DNA of 51,868 nucleotides, the filler included, from Sphacelaria rigidula (taxonomy: Eukaryota), in the NCBI GenBank assembly GCA_964200075.2. It is 4 parts of 4 records of this genome, joined end to end, with 100 filler letters (N's around TTAATTAATTAA, not from the genome) between each part and the next. Parts side by side here need not be neighbours in the genome. Positions count along the whole stretch, not along the records: positions 38,980 to 51,868 come from CAXNAA020003331.1; 3 more parts are not named here. The stretch is one strand, 5' to 3'. The position numbers and the translations under genes were made by a program. Every line of letters starts with the position of its first letter. Within the stretch, counting starts at the first letter, position 1. The notes beneath the pieces are model-generated. The model did not search any database. It was given only the letters and a program-made list of their open reading frames with translations, and was not told where the DNA came from. Positions 38,980 to 51,868 of the stretch are shown in pieces.

Positions 38980-41430
38980 CCATGAGGATATCGCCGGCGC
39001 GGTGACGGATGCCGGGTCCGACGTTCGGAGTGGGGTGGTGTCGGCTTGGTCTTGGGAATGGTGCTTTGCCCACCTCCTGAACCGCGCGACCATTGACGCC
39101 ACGGGAATGTCGCCCGCGAAGGACCCATCCAAAAATCCCCAGTGTCGCGAACTACTCGAGCTGATCAAAGGGATGGTGGAGCACTTCAACAAGTCCGCCG
39201 TCGACAAGGTTGGATATAATGAAATTTGGATAACAACCTGGGTGTCCCATGTACCATTGCCATCTTTAGCCGCTGGGAAGTCACGTTTATTCATGCCTGA
39301 CTAGTTGTTGCATTCGTAGTCGTCACCTCCAACTACTCCTTCAATCTTTTTTCGTGTGCGAATGGCAGTTATAATAACATCCGCGAATTACAAATCGTTC
39401 TCGGTCTGCGATGCGTATGCACCACCTCATCACTGCAGTTGCCTCGACGCTGACTCCTCTGTGTTTTTTTGGAAATCATTTGCGCGTAACCACTGTTATG
39501 AGCAGATTGCCCTGGAGGATATCATCGACGAAATGTCGGGAGGAGAGGGCTCCAAGGCGAAGCTGTCGCAAGTCGTTGCCCAGCGCTGGATAAGCGTCTG
39601 CCAGATGCTGCTGCATGTCCTGGAGAGATGGGACGCCCTGAGAACATTTTACTTGGCCAAGGGAAGCCCTTTCCCTTGACGGGCAAGAAGGACGAGGTGA
39701 GCCGAAGATCAGTGTGTCGGTGCCTGGTATACCGGCGGCGCACATATCAAGTTGCTGTTGCAATGCTTCGCGGACGCTGGCCGCTATAGGTTGACGAAGC
39801 GTGATCGATGTGACCCGTGATTCTTGGAACACCCCCACCCACCGTGGTGGCGAAATCCTCATCCTGCCCCTCTCCTTGATTGAGTCATGACAAGATGGTT
39901 GTCTTGTTCGAGCGTCACTGAACGCCTGTTTAAACCGCCTAACAACAATGTTACGTTCTCAGGTCGAGGAAGTGTACAGTATCGTCAATGAGGTGAAGGG
40001 GGTTATTGTGTACTCACAAACCACGTACGAGTCAACCGCGCAGGGTGGACTACAACGCCTGGTCCTAGTCGCCACCACCGCCTTGGACCCGGAAAAAACA
40101 CTCAAGGTGAGGCATGTGCGGGCAGTCGGGCAGGGTAAAGAGGACGTGGAACCGGAGGAGGTACGATCCTCCGCCGACTTGACAAGTGTCGCGAAAGTCA
40201 CTCGCGAGGCGTTTGCACGAGGCGTGGCCAGGCGGTTTGTATCACCGCGTTATGGGAAAGGCCTCTCGTCTCACAGCCACAGGCATGACATGGTCATGTT
40301 CTTCACTCCGGGCGGGCGTGCTCTTAAGTATCTCAATAAGCTGAATAATTCGACCGTCGGAACGCTGGGAGGCTTCACAAAGCCAGTAGAGGACGTGAGG
40401 ACAGTAATTATTGGCCAGGTGGAGGATCTCCTCGCGGGACCGATCACTGAGAGCAGGGCCAGGACGAAGACGGCTCCCGTCGTGGTGGACGTCGAGTCGC
40501 GAGTGGTGAAGCGGTTTAAAACCGCCACCCGCGCCGCTGTCGATCCACGGCGAGAGAAGTTCGCCGCGGAGGGCATCATGGACTCCAGCAGCGACGAGGA
40601 GGGTAAGCTGCGAGCACCCCCGAGACCACTCCCAAGGAAGGAGCCGCCGACCTCATCAAGGCATGGAAAAACGCCAAGGTGTGTGCGTTGCGATGTATCG
40701 CTATTTCTGCATTGCACGTTCCCGTTTTTTTACTCATCTCCATGAAGAAAAACCGCGACGCCGAGCATTGGGATTGTTCCCCCGGCATTTCAACGTAGCA
40801 AGACGCACACATCACCATTACTTCACCGCATTGACTCATCGTCTTTTTTTTCAGAGACGCATGTACCGAGCAGTTCAATTACATACCAAAAATCGGACTG
40901 TGATCATGGTGAGAATGCAGTAGAAACGTAGGACGCTAGAGTGGAGGTCGCTGGCGAACCGTATGCCACTGCCATGCGTTTAATATCGTATTTGTTTTCG
41001 TCGCTCCGGGTTACAGATCGGGAAAGAGAAGAATAAACTGGACGGCGTCGAGTATTGGCGGGCCAACGGCAAAGAACACTCGCCTCACCTTCGGTCCCTG
41101 GCGCAGGCGGTGTTTGGTGCACCTTCCTCCGCGGGAGTAATGGAGCGTGACTTCTGTGTCGCGGATATGTTTCAGCCCCGCAAGCGTGGTGGCGTCGACC
41201 CCGCCAATCTCGAAGTGGCCTTGTATCTGCGGGGCCAGTTCGACAACATCCCTGTAGACATCCCACAGCTAACGGATGAGCAGGCATCGAAAGCCGTGCC
41301 AAGTCGGTTTACCGACAGAAAAATGCTAGGAGAGGTTGAGGTGTTGAACTTTTCTCTCGAGGTCGAGAGTGATATGGGGGAGGAGGAAGATTTTTCGTGG
41401 GAGAACGAGTACGGAGCGGTTCCGAATTAG
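38980..41430 (+). mobile_element. hAT-superfamily transposase pseudogene with introns (C-terminal part)
   Basis: VTDAGSDV (second catalytic Asp), WCFAHLLN (CxxH), QRWIS (TRWNS-like) and the dimerisation domain YWRANG..HLRSLAQAVFGAPSSAGVMERDF (catalytic Glu). Introns ~39208-39506, ~39697-39962 and ~40679-41016. Frameshifts present. Confidence 0.92.
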
Positions 41431-41963
41431 CTTGTTGGAATTCATCTGATCCAAACGTGCAGTGCGAGGGTTCATTACTATTTCGAATGGGAAACTAGGG
41501 GTGTCGCGCCCTGGCGGTCCAGTGGTCACCTTCAGGGTGCAGATGACGAGTGTTGGAATTCCGATGCGTTGAGCTTTTCCAAAACAAGTGATTTCTACGG
41601 TGGAAAGCATGAGAACATGGGTAAACAGAGTAGTTGACTGAGTTTGTTTGACGAGAGTTCACGCGGGGCGGAAGTGCTGACCCAATACGTAGGACCAACA
41701 CGCAAGGTGTGTAGCGGGGGGAAGTGGGTTATTCCCTCGAGACCTGTCTGGTCACGCAGAAGGGGATAGGTTCGAACTGTGACAATAAGTAAACTTGGGG
41801 TACAACACAAGGTGGCATATACTGTAGTAAAGTGATGGTGTGCTGATAACGTGATGGTTGTTCAAAAACAGGTTGTAATGAAGAATGCTCCTGCGACAAG
41901 TGTCTTTGATGGTCTGACACACTGGATATCGATGAAGTTCCGTAGCACTACACGGCTTGTCAT

Positions 41964-42610
41964 CCCTGGGAACGGCGATGGACAACAAATATATCATGAT
42001 GGTGCTTTGCCGATGCCATCAATCGCCACAACTTGAAATCAGTCCCGGTTTGCATGGGTCATGAAGGAAATTGACTACCGCGTCCGGTCTTCTCGCATGT
42101 TGTCGTTTACAGCAGTGTACAATGACGGAACCCCTTGAAATCTATTGGCATGAACCATGCATATTGATGGAAAAGTCCAAAATCTGTCGCTACCGGCCGT
42201 GTCTATCGATGGACAATGCAAAAATCTATTGCCGCTGGCCATGTATATCGATGGAATGTTCCGAAAATTCATTGTCAGTGATCATTTATATTGATGGAAT
42301 GTTGCGGAATCTATGGCGAAGGACCATGTGTAATGACATGAATTTTTCATTGTCCATTTCCATGCGCGATGTGTATCGGTGGCATGAACCAAAATTTATC
42401 GTTACCGACAAGTGCACATTGGTGTAATATTTCACACATCACTGCCAGTAAATATGTATATCGATGAGAACATTACCCAGTACATTGTTACCAGCAATGG
42501 ATATGGCCAAATATATGTTGGAATCATTGTCCTCCGTAATGGATATCGATATGATCACCACCGTAGCTATTTGTGCAGCAACAGACTATTACCATGTATA
42601 TTGTCCAGGG
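41964..42610. mobile_element. MITE-like element truncating the minus-strand hAT
   Basis: Ends CCCTGG...CCAGGG; dense ATCGATG, CCATGTATAT and GGCATGAACCA repeats. hAT coding similarity ends at its boundary. No target-site duplication found. Confidence 0.5.
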
Positions 42611-44746
42611 TGTGCAATCGTCGGCATCTTCCCAGAACCTCGATCATTGTGCTTCCCGTGAATACCTTCCCGGCCGATGACTGCAGGCGGTGGGCAGCGC
42701 AGCCGACATGATCAACGACCATGTTCTCGTTCAGAATGTGGCCAGCCTTCACCATGGCCGGCTCACAGTCGGTGACAGGGGCGACCATGCGCCCTATCAA
42801 GTTGTGGTTGGTCGCTAACTTCTCGACGAATGTCGCCAGATCATTCCCTGTCGCGGCACCGTCGTGCAACTGGCAGTATGGAGAGATCACTCGCATATTC
42901 CAGGTGGCGTCGACGAACGCGTAGGTTTCGCAGGTGTATGTCCGACACTGGTTGTCGGTCCACGTGTCGACGGTCGAGAAGATGTACTGGTAGCAGCACG
43001 CCCTCCAGTTCAGTCGCTAGCTCCTTCCGGATAGTCAGTAGCGCGTTTATGATGTCGCGGCGACTAAACGTGGGACCCTTGGGATAGAAAGCCCGCGTCA
43101 TTTCCCCGAAGGTCGGCTTCTCAACCATCTGAAATGATAGGGAGGGCCAGAGACGGGGCACGTGGGGGAGGAGGGGGCGAACATGGTTCGGTGAGATGGA
43201 AGGTTGGGAGTAAGGGAACGACAAATAATCACCAGCTCACCGCATGCGACATGGACACGGTAAACACAATGTCCACAGTTCAGTACAGCACGGGAGTGTA
43301 CCAAGGTGCTCAAGAGGATACTGCCTGTACTGTGCTGTTCGTACAGTAGCGTGTCGACGGGTTCGTATTCCTTACTGTCTGCCTTTACGGTGACTGTGCT
43401 AGTGTATCCGTCTGGGTACAGGCAGGCTGTACAACGAGATGAAGTCATTGGCACCCCCACAAGCGAACACTACAGGTATACAGTACGGACCGAAGACAAC
43501 GACTAGCCACACTCCACATTCGATATTTGATACCGTTTCGAATGTCGATCATGCCTGACGGTGCAGTTGCATATGCGTCCATATACAACCACCAAGTAGA
43601 CGATCGACCGTGCCGTAGAGTATATGGTACAGTACTTCGCAGCATACGGTACAATACTGCATACTTCAGGACTGTAAAATACAATAGTACTACCGTACAA
43701 CAGAGCTACCACATACATGCACACATGCAAAGTAGTACACTGATTGCGCACTGATTCCGCGCTGTGCAGCACTTTACTGTAGAGTATAATGTATACTCCA
43801 GTTGTATACTGCACAAATGTACTACTGTTGAGTACTACGATGTGCTGTCTGTTGTGCTCCGCCCGTAGTACAACAGTACAGTAGTACATACTATGGTAGG
43901 ATGATAATATCATACCGAGTACCAGATGAAAACACGTCAAGTGTAGGAAGCTCTGCTCACCGAAACGGGTTGATTCTCCATGATCAACCACCGGCATACA
44001 CGCTCAAGCCCCTTGGGGAGGCCAGTCTCAAAGAAGTCCGTCATTCTCGACTGCCTCTTTGACGCGACCTTGCCCTTACAGACGTCATGCGCCTCGCGGT
44101 GCCCGGGCTTGCCTCAAAGGAGATGCTGCAGCAGGTTCGACGTCGCCTTGTTCCTGCCGTAGCTCACTTCTGCGGATGACCAGGACCCTGCCGCCTTGCA
44201 GAGCATGCACACCGCGACCTGCGGCAGCCTGCCCAGCGTGTACTTCTTGAAGTATCCTTCCCCCACAAAAGATCTGTACCTTTGCAGGGCTTTGATACCT
44301 GCCATATATTCAGGCCGTGATCGCGTTCTGTGTCTTGGGTGCTCTCCTCTGCCGACGTTGTGTTGCTGAGATCGACAAGAAAAGCACCGCTGCCTGAAGT
44401 TGTGGGCTCCTCCATCTCTGACATGTCGTCCTCGTTCCTTTGTCGCTACTACTGCTGCTACTCCTGCTTCTCATATTAGAGTACAATGTCTACGATATTC
44501 GTGTCTACGCCTAGGTGTATGCGCTGTGTGGTCATGTCGTCACCTCTGTAACAGCATCCCCACGGTCATTGTAGTACGACAATACTTCATAAATATTGAT
44601 ATGAGTATGACACATATTGACACAGAAAGCTTTAGAGTACGACACATATGTCGGGTGAAATAACTGGTTCAACTGGTGACAAAACCGGTCAGTTAACCAG
44701 TTAACTGTAACTGACCAGTTAAACTGGTGGCCAGTTCACAACTCTA
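42611..44746 (-). mobile_element. Second hAT element: left terminus, BED zinc finger and N-terminal DDE region; 3'-truncated
   Basis: Terminus TAGAGTTGTGAACTGG at 44746 with clustered AACTGG/CCAGTT subterminal repeats (44660-44740). AVCMLC...ATSNLLQHL*GKPGH (BED), STVDTWTD (first Asp), VTDCEPAM (second Asp), GCAAHRLQ (CxxH). Large intron ~43130-43958. Confidence 0.9.
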
Positions 44747-46603
44747 CCAAAAACACGATGAAACAGATCCAGGGGGGGGCTGAATGCGCAGGTCGTCTGA
44801 AGGTTCAAGACACCGGGAAAGTGTCGAAAGGTAAGCTCAGGTGATCTGATTGCACGTCATCTGGCCTGACTATCCCCCCACAAGAATGCTGAAGATGATG
44901 TGACCGGAGGCACATCAGGTTATTTTTTGGTTCAGATCTTCTCACGACAAAAGACTCTCAGACATGCTGTGTATTTTCTGCATTTGGGCTGTATCTTTGC
45001 GAAAGTCGGCCCGCACCGTGTATCTTGTTCGAGTCTAACTGTGTGGTGTGGACTCGCTGCAGCCATTCGACAGTCCGTTTTTTCTCCCATCTACCGTTGA
45101 GGATATCTCCCTTGGACGGTGGGGATGGTACCCCCGTGGGTCACGAGCGGTGAGCTAAGGGGACGACACTGTTTGTTCGTTGTGGTATATGTGTGAGTTT
45201 GTGTGGAGCCAGGTGAGATCTCGGGTGAGGACGAGAGAGGAGGAGTGGAGTAAACGGACGACGGTGGCGGGTCAGGCGTGTTCCTCACCGATCCTCGGAG
45301 TATGACGACACTCCGGTGACGAGAGTGGACAATGACCCGAGGCTATGCGGAGGGGCGGTACTTGCCACAAGTAGGTGTTCAAGGACCGGGATCCACCCTG
45401 GTACTCACACTCATTTTCACATTCAAAAGGCTGGATATGAAGTCATAATAATGCGAAGCGGATCTTCAGTGACGGTGTCGTGCGCCCTCACAACGGATTC
45501 GTGTTTGGGCCAAGAAGGGCTCTTCGACATACCAAAGAGTAGGACGCATGAACTACCTCCATCTTATTGCTGTTCCACGTGATACGTTGATTGATCGATT
45601 TGTAGCACATTAACTGACCTCCAGGGGACCCAGTCGTGGATACAAGATGCCAAGTTAACCAAAACGGAAACGCTCGCTGAAAAAATAAAAATGTGAAACA
45701 AAATGTGTATGAGGGACAAACAACAGGAGAAAATTGAAGAACAAAAAACCCATGCAAGAGCAACAAAAACAAGAGGACTGAAACCGAACATATAAGACAG
45801 GTCTGCGGACACTCTGGGCTTCAAGTAGAAACAATTAACACCAAATGACGAGCTAAGGTGGATTAGGTCGCTACCGCCAAGACGCCAATATAAGACAGGC
45901 CTACAGACGGTGGACGTGCCGGGGGCACGTTTTTACGCGATTTGGCTTCACTGGAGCTAAAAAATACGTGATATTTGGGCCAATTTTCAAGGGCTGTATG
46001 CAGCCTCCGGAGCGGGTAACAGCTTGTAAACCCGGTAACGGTAAATGATGGTTTGAAACCATTATCCAAAAGTTTCATAATACCATTATAGTGATAGTGG
46101 CCAGTTATACCTGGTATCATTTCCGAGCTCAAGAAATACGCCTATAGTAGAGACAATCGGCCCCTGCAGCATCGCTTCAGTTGAAGAAAGGCCGCGCGCG
46201 TGAAGCGGATGCATCTATACACAAAAAAAAAACGAGGACGCTGCACGAGCAAATTGCGACTCAGCTATTTCGCACCATATTAGTTGGGCGTGAGCTCTCA
46301 CTCATGGTCCCTACGGAAGTACGGCACAAAAACTGCTACTCGTGCTATTTGAACACAGAAGAATGCGAAAGCGAGAGAGAAAAATGGAGAACAATAAGAA
46401 AGAAGGAAACAACGAAGAAGGAGGAAACTAAAAGGAATCAGCGAAACCCGAGCGATTGATTGCCTCCGATCCGGTGTTCCCGAAGGCTACCTTCCGATCT
46501 TCCGAGATACCCGCAATCCGATGGGAATTTCTTGGTGGTTCTTTTACTATTTCGACCATTTTTCCAAGAACTATAGCGCTACTGTTGAAGTAGGGATGCG
46601 CAC

Positions 46604-46990
46604 TTGACATTTTGTACTCACCACCTCAGCAAGCTTGTCTGCCGCCGACCTGTCCTCCTCTATATACTTCGCCATGCGTAGCAGCACAGCCGCATTATCC
46701 GTCCCACGCGATGCACCCGCTCCTAGATCTGCTACAGATTCACAGCTACTACTAGAGGTGCCATTGCTGCAGCTACTACGATACCGTATCCGGCCATTGA
46801 ACCATCGTGCTGTACCCGCCACAACGCCATTGCTGCTGTGTTCACGATCGTTTTGGCATGATCGTCGCGCACGGGACGTCAGGCTGTTGTTGGTGTTGCT
46901 GATTGCGGTGGTGCTGTGGCACGGAGTGGATCGCGGGTGGGAGACAACGCGGCTGTTACCGTTATTAAGTTGAAGCTTGCTATTCCTCAC
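46604..46990 (-). CDS. Probable exon of an unknown protein, divergent from the 47358 gene
   Basis: Open frame ending AAVLLRMAKYIEEDRSAADKLAEVVSTKCQ with donor CAA|gtgcgc and an upstream acacag acceptor. Confidence 0.4.
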
Positions 46991-47357
46991 CTGTGTTGGC
47001 TGTGTTAAGGAGAGTGTGCAACGTGGTTGTAGAGGTGATGTAGAATTGGAAATGGTGCGTGACCCGAATAGAAACAGTCGGGGATGTACGTAGAGCATCG
47101 CACATGCAACCATGTACTACAGTACCAGGCACACACTGGGCCACGGACCCCAACGCAGCAGTGCTGGCTCTCGTTGAGACATGATCCTCGGATAAATTGA
47201 CTCGGGGTATTTCTGACTGAATTGGAAAATAACATTGAATTTGCATCGCACCTCGCAGGTGAGTTCGCCCTTCCCAGCGGAGCACAAATCCCGAACGGGG
47301 TTATCGGGTAGAATAGCCGATAACGGTTGGAATTGAAACGCTTCGAGACGGGAAGGA

Positions 47358-48370
47358 ATGGGGGCCAGCGTGCCTACCCTTCAACGAGACTGCAGATCTC
47401 GCCGGTGGTCTTCAACATCCCCTCGGCAGCGAAAACGGCAAGTCTTCGCCGGGGTGCTACTCTTGTTCGCTGGTAGTTTGACGTTGTTACAATGGAGAGC
47501 AGCCACGCGAATCCTGGTACCGCCACCTAGCCTGAGCGACAGCACGCTCGCAGGGAGGCTAGGTGGCGGTAGTTATATGATGGAGGGCGACACGGGTGCG
47601 GGGCAATGCTCTTGGCATGATGGTGCACCTATGCTGTACAGCTTAAAGCACTCCAGGCTCCATAGAGATGGTGAGTGTGGTCAACGTGTTTGCCGTGAGG
47701 AACAGACGGGTGAGAATTTGCTTTTTCCTATAGATAGCACCCAAACTACAGCAGAACAGGACAGTAGTTTGTGCAGATCCTGCAACGTACGGCACACAAG
47801 TACCTCAATTATCTCAATCCACTGTGCAGAGCGTACAACGTACGGCACGGTACCTACAGATGTACAGCCGGTGTGTAGATTCGCGTGACCTCTTTTGCTT
47901 ACTGCGGTTGATTGTCTTGCCTCCTCACAGCAGATCCTTTAAGAAGCCGATTTTACCATCATGTTCGGCCGTTTCAGGCGTTGCACTATCCGCTCCCAGT
48001 GCGTCGCACACACTCTCCCTGATTTCGTTCCCGGTCCATACCATTTTCTTCGCACATGTCGTATCATCATCTTGCAACCTTATTTTTCACCGTCCAATAT
48101 GCGACGAATTCTCCCGCTTTATCGCAAAAGTCGGCCGTAGAGAACTTTAACTTTGCGATATTTGGAAGACGCTGCGCGGTTATTGCACTACGTCCAACGC
48201 CCCGAAATTATGTCTCCTGACATCCGGCTGGCAAATCCGCGTCCTACGTCGCCTCTTAATCAACCTTGACAGCGGGCAACTGGTTCGAGATGGCCGAGTG
48301 CTTTATTGGGCGACGAGCAGAGTTCAAGGAATACTTCGCGGAAATGCAAGGGGCGCGAGTATACATTCAG
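47358..48370 (+). CDS. 5' exons (47358-47670, 48273-48370) of a type II membrane protein, possibly a glycosyltransferase
   Basis: ATG, basic tail RQRKRQ, signal-anchor VFAGVLLLFAGSLTLLQW, donor G|gtgagt. The phase-matched second exon gives HRDAGNWFEMAECF. Confidence 0.6.
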
Positions 48371-49479
48371 GTTGGCGAATAGTCCGCATGAGCCCAAGAG
48401 TTGTGCATGCACCTAGGAGTCCTACACACACGTGTTGCACCGCGTACAGCTCACAAAGAAACCAACAAAAAAAAAATGGTCACGAAGGCCGATTGCGGGT
48501 CCGAATTTGTTATTTCTTTGCGGGAAATGAAATGTAAACTGCCGATGACTGTCAGGGGGACTGCGTACAGTATGGGTTCCAGGTTCGTACAAGGCGTCGT
48601 TTTCGATTTCATGACAGCATACAAACTAGGCGGTGTAACAGCACCTGTGCACTTCGTGTACGGCCGAGATGGAGATCACAACGTGCAAGAAGCCACTTGT
48701 TGAAAAGTACAAGTCCGCTTTTTACGGTCCGAACGGTCCGAGAAAAGACTTGGGGAAAGGTCGGGCAATTGCCCTCTCCGGGTAAGTCTTCTTCGCGAGT
48801 TCCAGAAACCCGCTTGTCAAACGAAGGAACCCATTCTCGAGTGGAAATAAGAGTCGCACGGTAAAAAGGAATTTTCCCGATTTTTATCTTGGGAAAGAAG
48901 CTTACACCACTTTTTGATTGTGGTAGTACACGTTGTGGTCTCACAGCGCATTTTTTCATCGTGCAATGGAAGTTGATCAGTTGCGTATGTCACAAATAGT
49001 TGAAATGGACCGAAAAAAACGCGTGCCGCTGGTAAAAACACAGCCACCCGACCATCATCACCCTTAGTTCAAGATTTAGCGTTGCTAGAAAGGGCTACGC
49101 CTTGCAGCTGTTGATAAATATATGTACCTGGACGCTTGCCGCCTTATAGCTGTGCGTCGAATTCGGGGCTACCATATACAGCAACGGAGGCGGGTGTCTT
49201 GGGAAGGGTAGTTTTTCAAGGACGGTTGCACCGTCTCTTGCTTCTGAGATGTACACGGATCGGTGTACATCTTTCCGGGGCGTTGTACCCGAGACGTTTT
49301 TTCATGGGATGAAACTGGTGCGTAAGTATACGGATTGTTCAAGCTCCATTGTCGCAGTGGTTGACCACCTCTTGAATTGTCTTCGTTGGAAAAGTTGCTA
49401 GAGCAAAGCAGTACAAAAGCGTAGACAGTAGTCGAACTTCTAGTATGATATCCTCTCAATCGGGATTCATTATGAAGAC

Positions 49480-50720
49480 CCCCGAAAGGCGGTACAGAAT
49501 AGCTGCTTTGCCCCCCCCCCTGCGGTCTTGCATATTTGAGCCTCGACGGGTGAATACCATTACTTCCCGTNNNNNNNNNNGGGGGGGAGTAAGGGTACCC
49601 CCAAAAGGGGCAAAAAAAAAAAGTCCCCCCCCCCCCCCCCCCCCCCCTTGAAAAAAATGATGCGTCCCGGAGGTAGTCCAAAGTTTGGTGGAGAAACTCG
49701 AAAACCCCATACAGTTTTTCTTGCGTTGATGTGAAATTCACCGATAAAGACGTTTCTTTACTAAAACCAAGTACCCGTAATTGTGCGAGTCATCGCACAC
49801 CCCATGGACCGAATTTCGAAGCTCCATGACTCCATGACGAAAAGGGTGTCAAAACCAAATGACGCGTTTTCGGACAACTATCGACGAGATCTTTTCAGCG
49901 TCACCCTTTTCAGAACCGATGCTCTTCTTGTTGTGGAGTAATCGAGCTTTGAAATTCGGTCCAGAGGGTGTGAGATGACTCGCACAATTACGGTAGTTAG
50001 GAGTTGCACGTTTCAAACCCGCGTCCTCCACAAACGCGCAAACCTTCACGCCATTTTTAGGAGTTAGACCCTGAAACTTTGCACAAATATGCTATGTGTC
50101 ATTACGCAACTTACTTTGGGCGAGGTTTTTCACTTGAGTCTTTCGCCGTTTTTTTGGCTTCCGACGGGATTTGAGTCGTTTTTCGCAATAGTTTACATTC
50201 TGGGACCCGGAAAACCGGCCCTACGACATATGTATATATATATATATATACATATTCATTTTTCGCGCACGATCTATCTTCGCGTAAACCAAGGAACGGC
50301 CCCACCAAGTTTCGTCGCAAAACTCGATCAACTGATGCTTGAATTTTCATGTTCACGTCAAAGAAGAAACGCCGTTTTGGAACAAAAATCAAGTAGTAAG
50401 CGATTTCACCGCGGTAGGGTTATCGCACAAGAGCAAAAAACCTCACGCCGTTTTAAGGAGTTAGACCCTGGAATTATTCACAGCTGTTTTATGGGTGATG
50501 ACGCAACTTTCGAGGAACGATGCTGTTTTTTCCGTTTTATGGGGGTCCGATTGGGTCGATGTATTCCCGAAGAAACGAGGACCCCCGAAAAACGATAAAA
50601 AAAGTAAAGAAGTAGAGAAAAAACTCGTTCTTCGAAAGTTGCTTAATGACCCATATAAAATCTGTGCAAAATTATAAGGTCTAACTCTTTGAAACGGCAT
50701 GAGGCTTTGCCGATGAGTGT
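49480..50720. repeat. Second copy of the same interspersed repeat
   Basis: Shares ccccgaaaggcggtacagaat, gtgaaattcacc and ggagttagaccctg (twice); inverted arms ~50443-50512 and ~50633-50703. Confidence 0.85.
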
Positions 50721-51759
50721 TTTCAGGGTGATGAGCGTATACCAGCTCGTAGATGCGTTTAGGTTGACTGAGCAAGAATTACAGAGCATTGTGGTACTGT
50801 ATATGTATGGTCCTGTTCTCGTTGTGGAAGTGTGATGTATTGCCGAAACCCATAAATATAACTTGGCCGTACTTGGCTCCGAAGATAGGCGAAGAGTTAA
50901 AGCTTCATAAACACGACTTTTTATTTTATTAATGTATGAAATTTAGTGATCTCCCCCCCCCCCTCTCCCCCTCTACCCCCACCACCTCCACCACTACCAA
51001 AATCGCCCGCAGGTTCGCATAGTTCCCCCCCCGAAAAAGTCCAGGACTGAAAAAATAGGCATGGGGTCTACGATTTTTGGAAGGGGCACCCTTGGTGCAC
51101 ATATTTTTTTCATGATTTACCGGCATTATCCCTGTACCTGAAAACTCCTTGTGTGCCCGGGTGAATTCTTTTGTTATACCCTTTTCATGGTACATTCAAA
51201 ATTTAGGGTCCAACTCTAGATATTGGCCGACAAATGATCCGTTTAGTAACCGGGTCGGTAAAAATCGGAACAGTAGTGTGCAGGCCACTTAACAGCCCGC
51301 GTTTGGTTGTTGTGTGTTGCAATTTTGTGTGGGACTTCCCTGGGGCAATGTTGAACCGAAAAAAAATGGTCACTTTGGTATCCATACATTTTCCCCACTG
51401 CTTTAGAGCGTTTTAGGATGGTAACGACCATTTTTCTACGAGAACGCCCGAACCCCCCCCCCCCCCCCGAAAAAAAAACGAAGGCCTATTTTTTTTTCAC
51501 TCAGTATACCTCTGTAGTTCTCCATTCTAAGTTTCAAATCACAATCCTTGAAATTGAGACAAGGCCCGAGAGCCATGTTCATTTCTCCTCGAAACTCCCC
51601 TAAAAAAATGGAAAAAATGAAGAAAGCCGAAAAAAATGAAGAAAACTGTTGCGATATTATTTTACTACCGTATGCATGCACTAGCGGTTCTCCATTTAAA
51701 ATTTCATAGCACAACCAGCGATGCCAAAAAAAAATCTCAGACCTTGTGCAACCGTCACC

Positions 51760-51794
<35 letters not shown>

Positions 51795-51868
51795 CCCCGC
51801 CCTTTTTCTCTCTATTTCACCTCCCCCCATCCAACCATTTCTATGTCTCTCTTTGTCTGGTTTTGTTT

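Noticed and set aside
41496..41968. hAT MITE with TAGGGGTGTC and CAGGGATGAC ends
   Set aside because: The inverted repeats are imperfect and there is no 8-bp target-site duplication.
1..51868. CRISPR array or prokaryotic operon-type system
   Set aside because: No regularly spaced repeats and no intact prokaryote-like gene clusters; the sequence is eukaryotic and intron-rich.

Overview
Repeat-rich eukaryotic DNA with long GT-AG introns and TTAGGG-type motifs; the repeat style suggests a brown alga or related stramenopile (inference). The window is not one locus. It holds four contigs of near-identical length (1-12893, 12994-25886, 25987-38879, 38980-51868) joined by artificial N44-TTAATTAATTAA-N44 linkers, so nothing should be linked across the gaps. 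Contig 1 has decayed orphan ORFs including a probable HNH-like plus Tudor pseudogene, a chromodomain-bearing Gypsy remnant, a tRNA-headed SINE-like insert, and a decayed RTE-type LINE interrupted by a 336-bp element with a perfect 56-bp palindrome. Contig 2 has a decayed multi-exon PHD/coiled-coil/KH-like gene whose introns contain decayed orphan ORFs, including an antisense GIY-YIG nuclease. Contig 3 has 13 phase-consistent exons of a DENN-domain gene, with one GC donor and one AT acceptor. Contig 4 has two convergent intron-containing hAT transposase pseudogenes and the 5' part of a type II membrane (possible glycosyltransferase) gene. All protein assignments come from manual translation and motif recognition; no database search was run.
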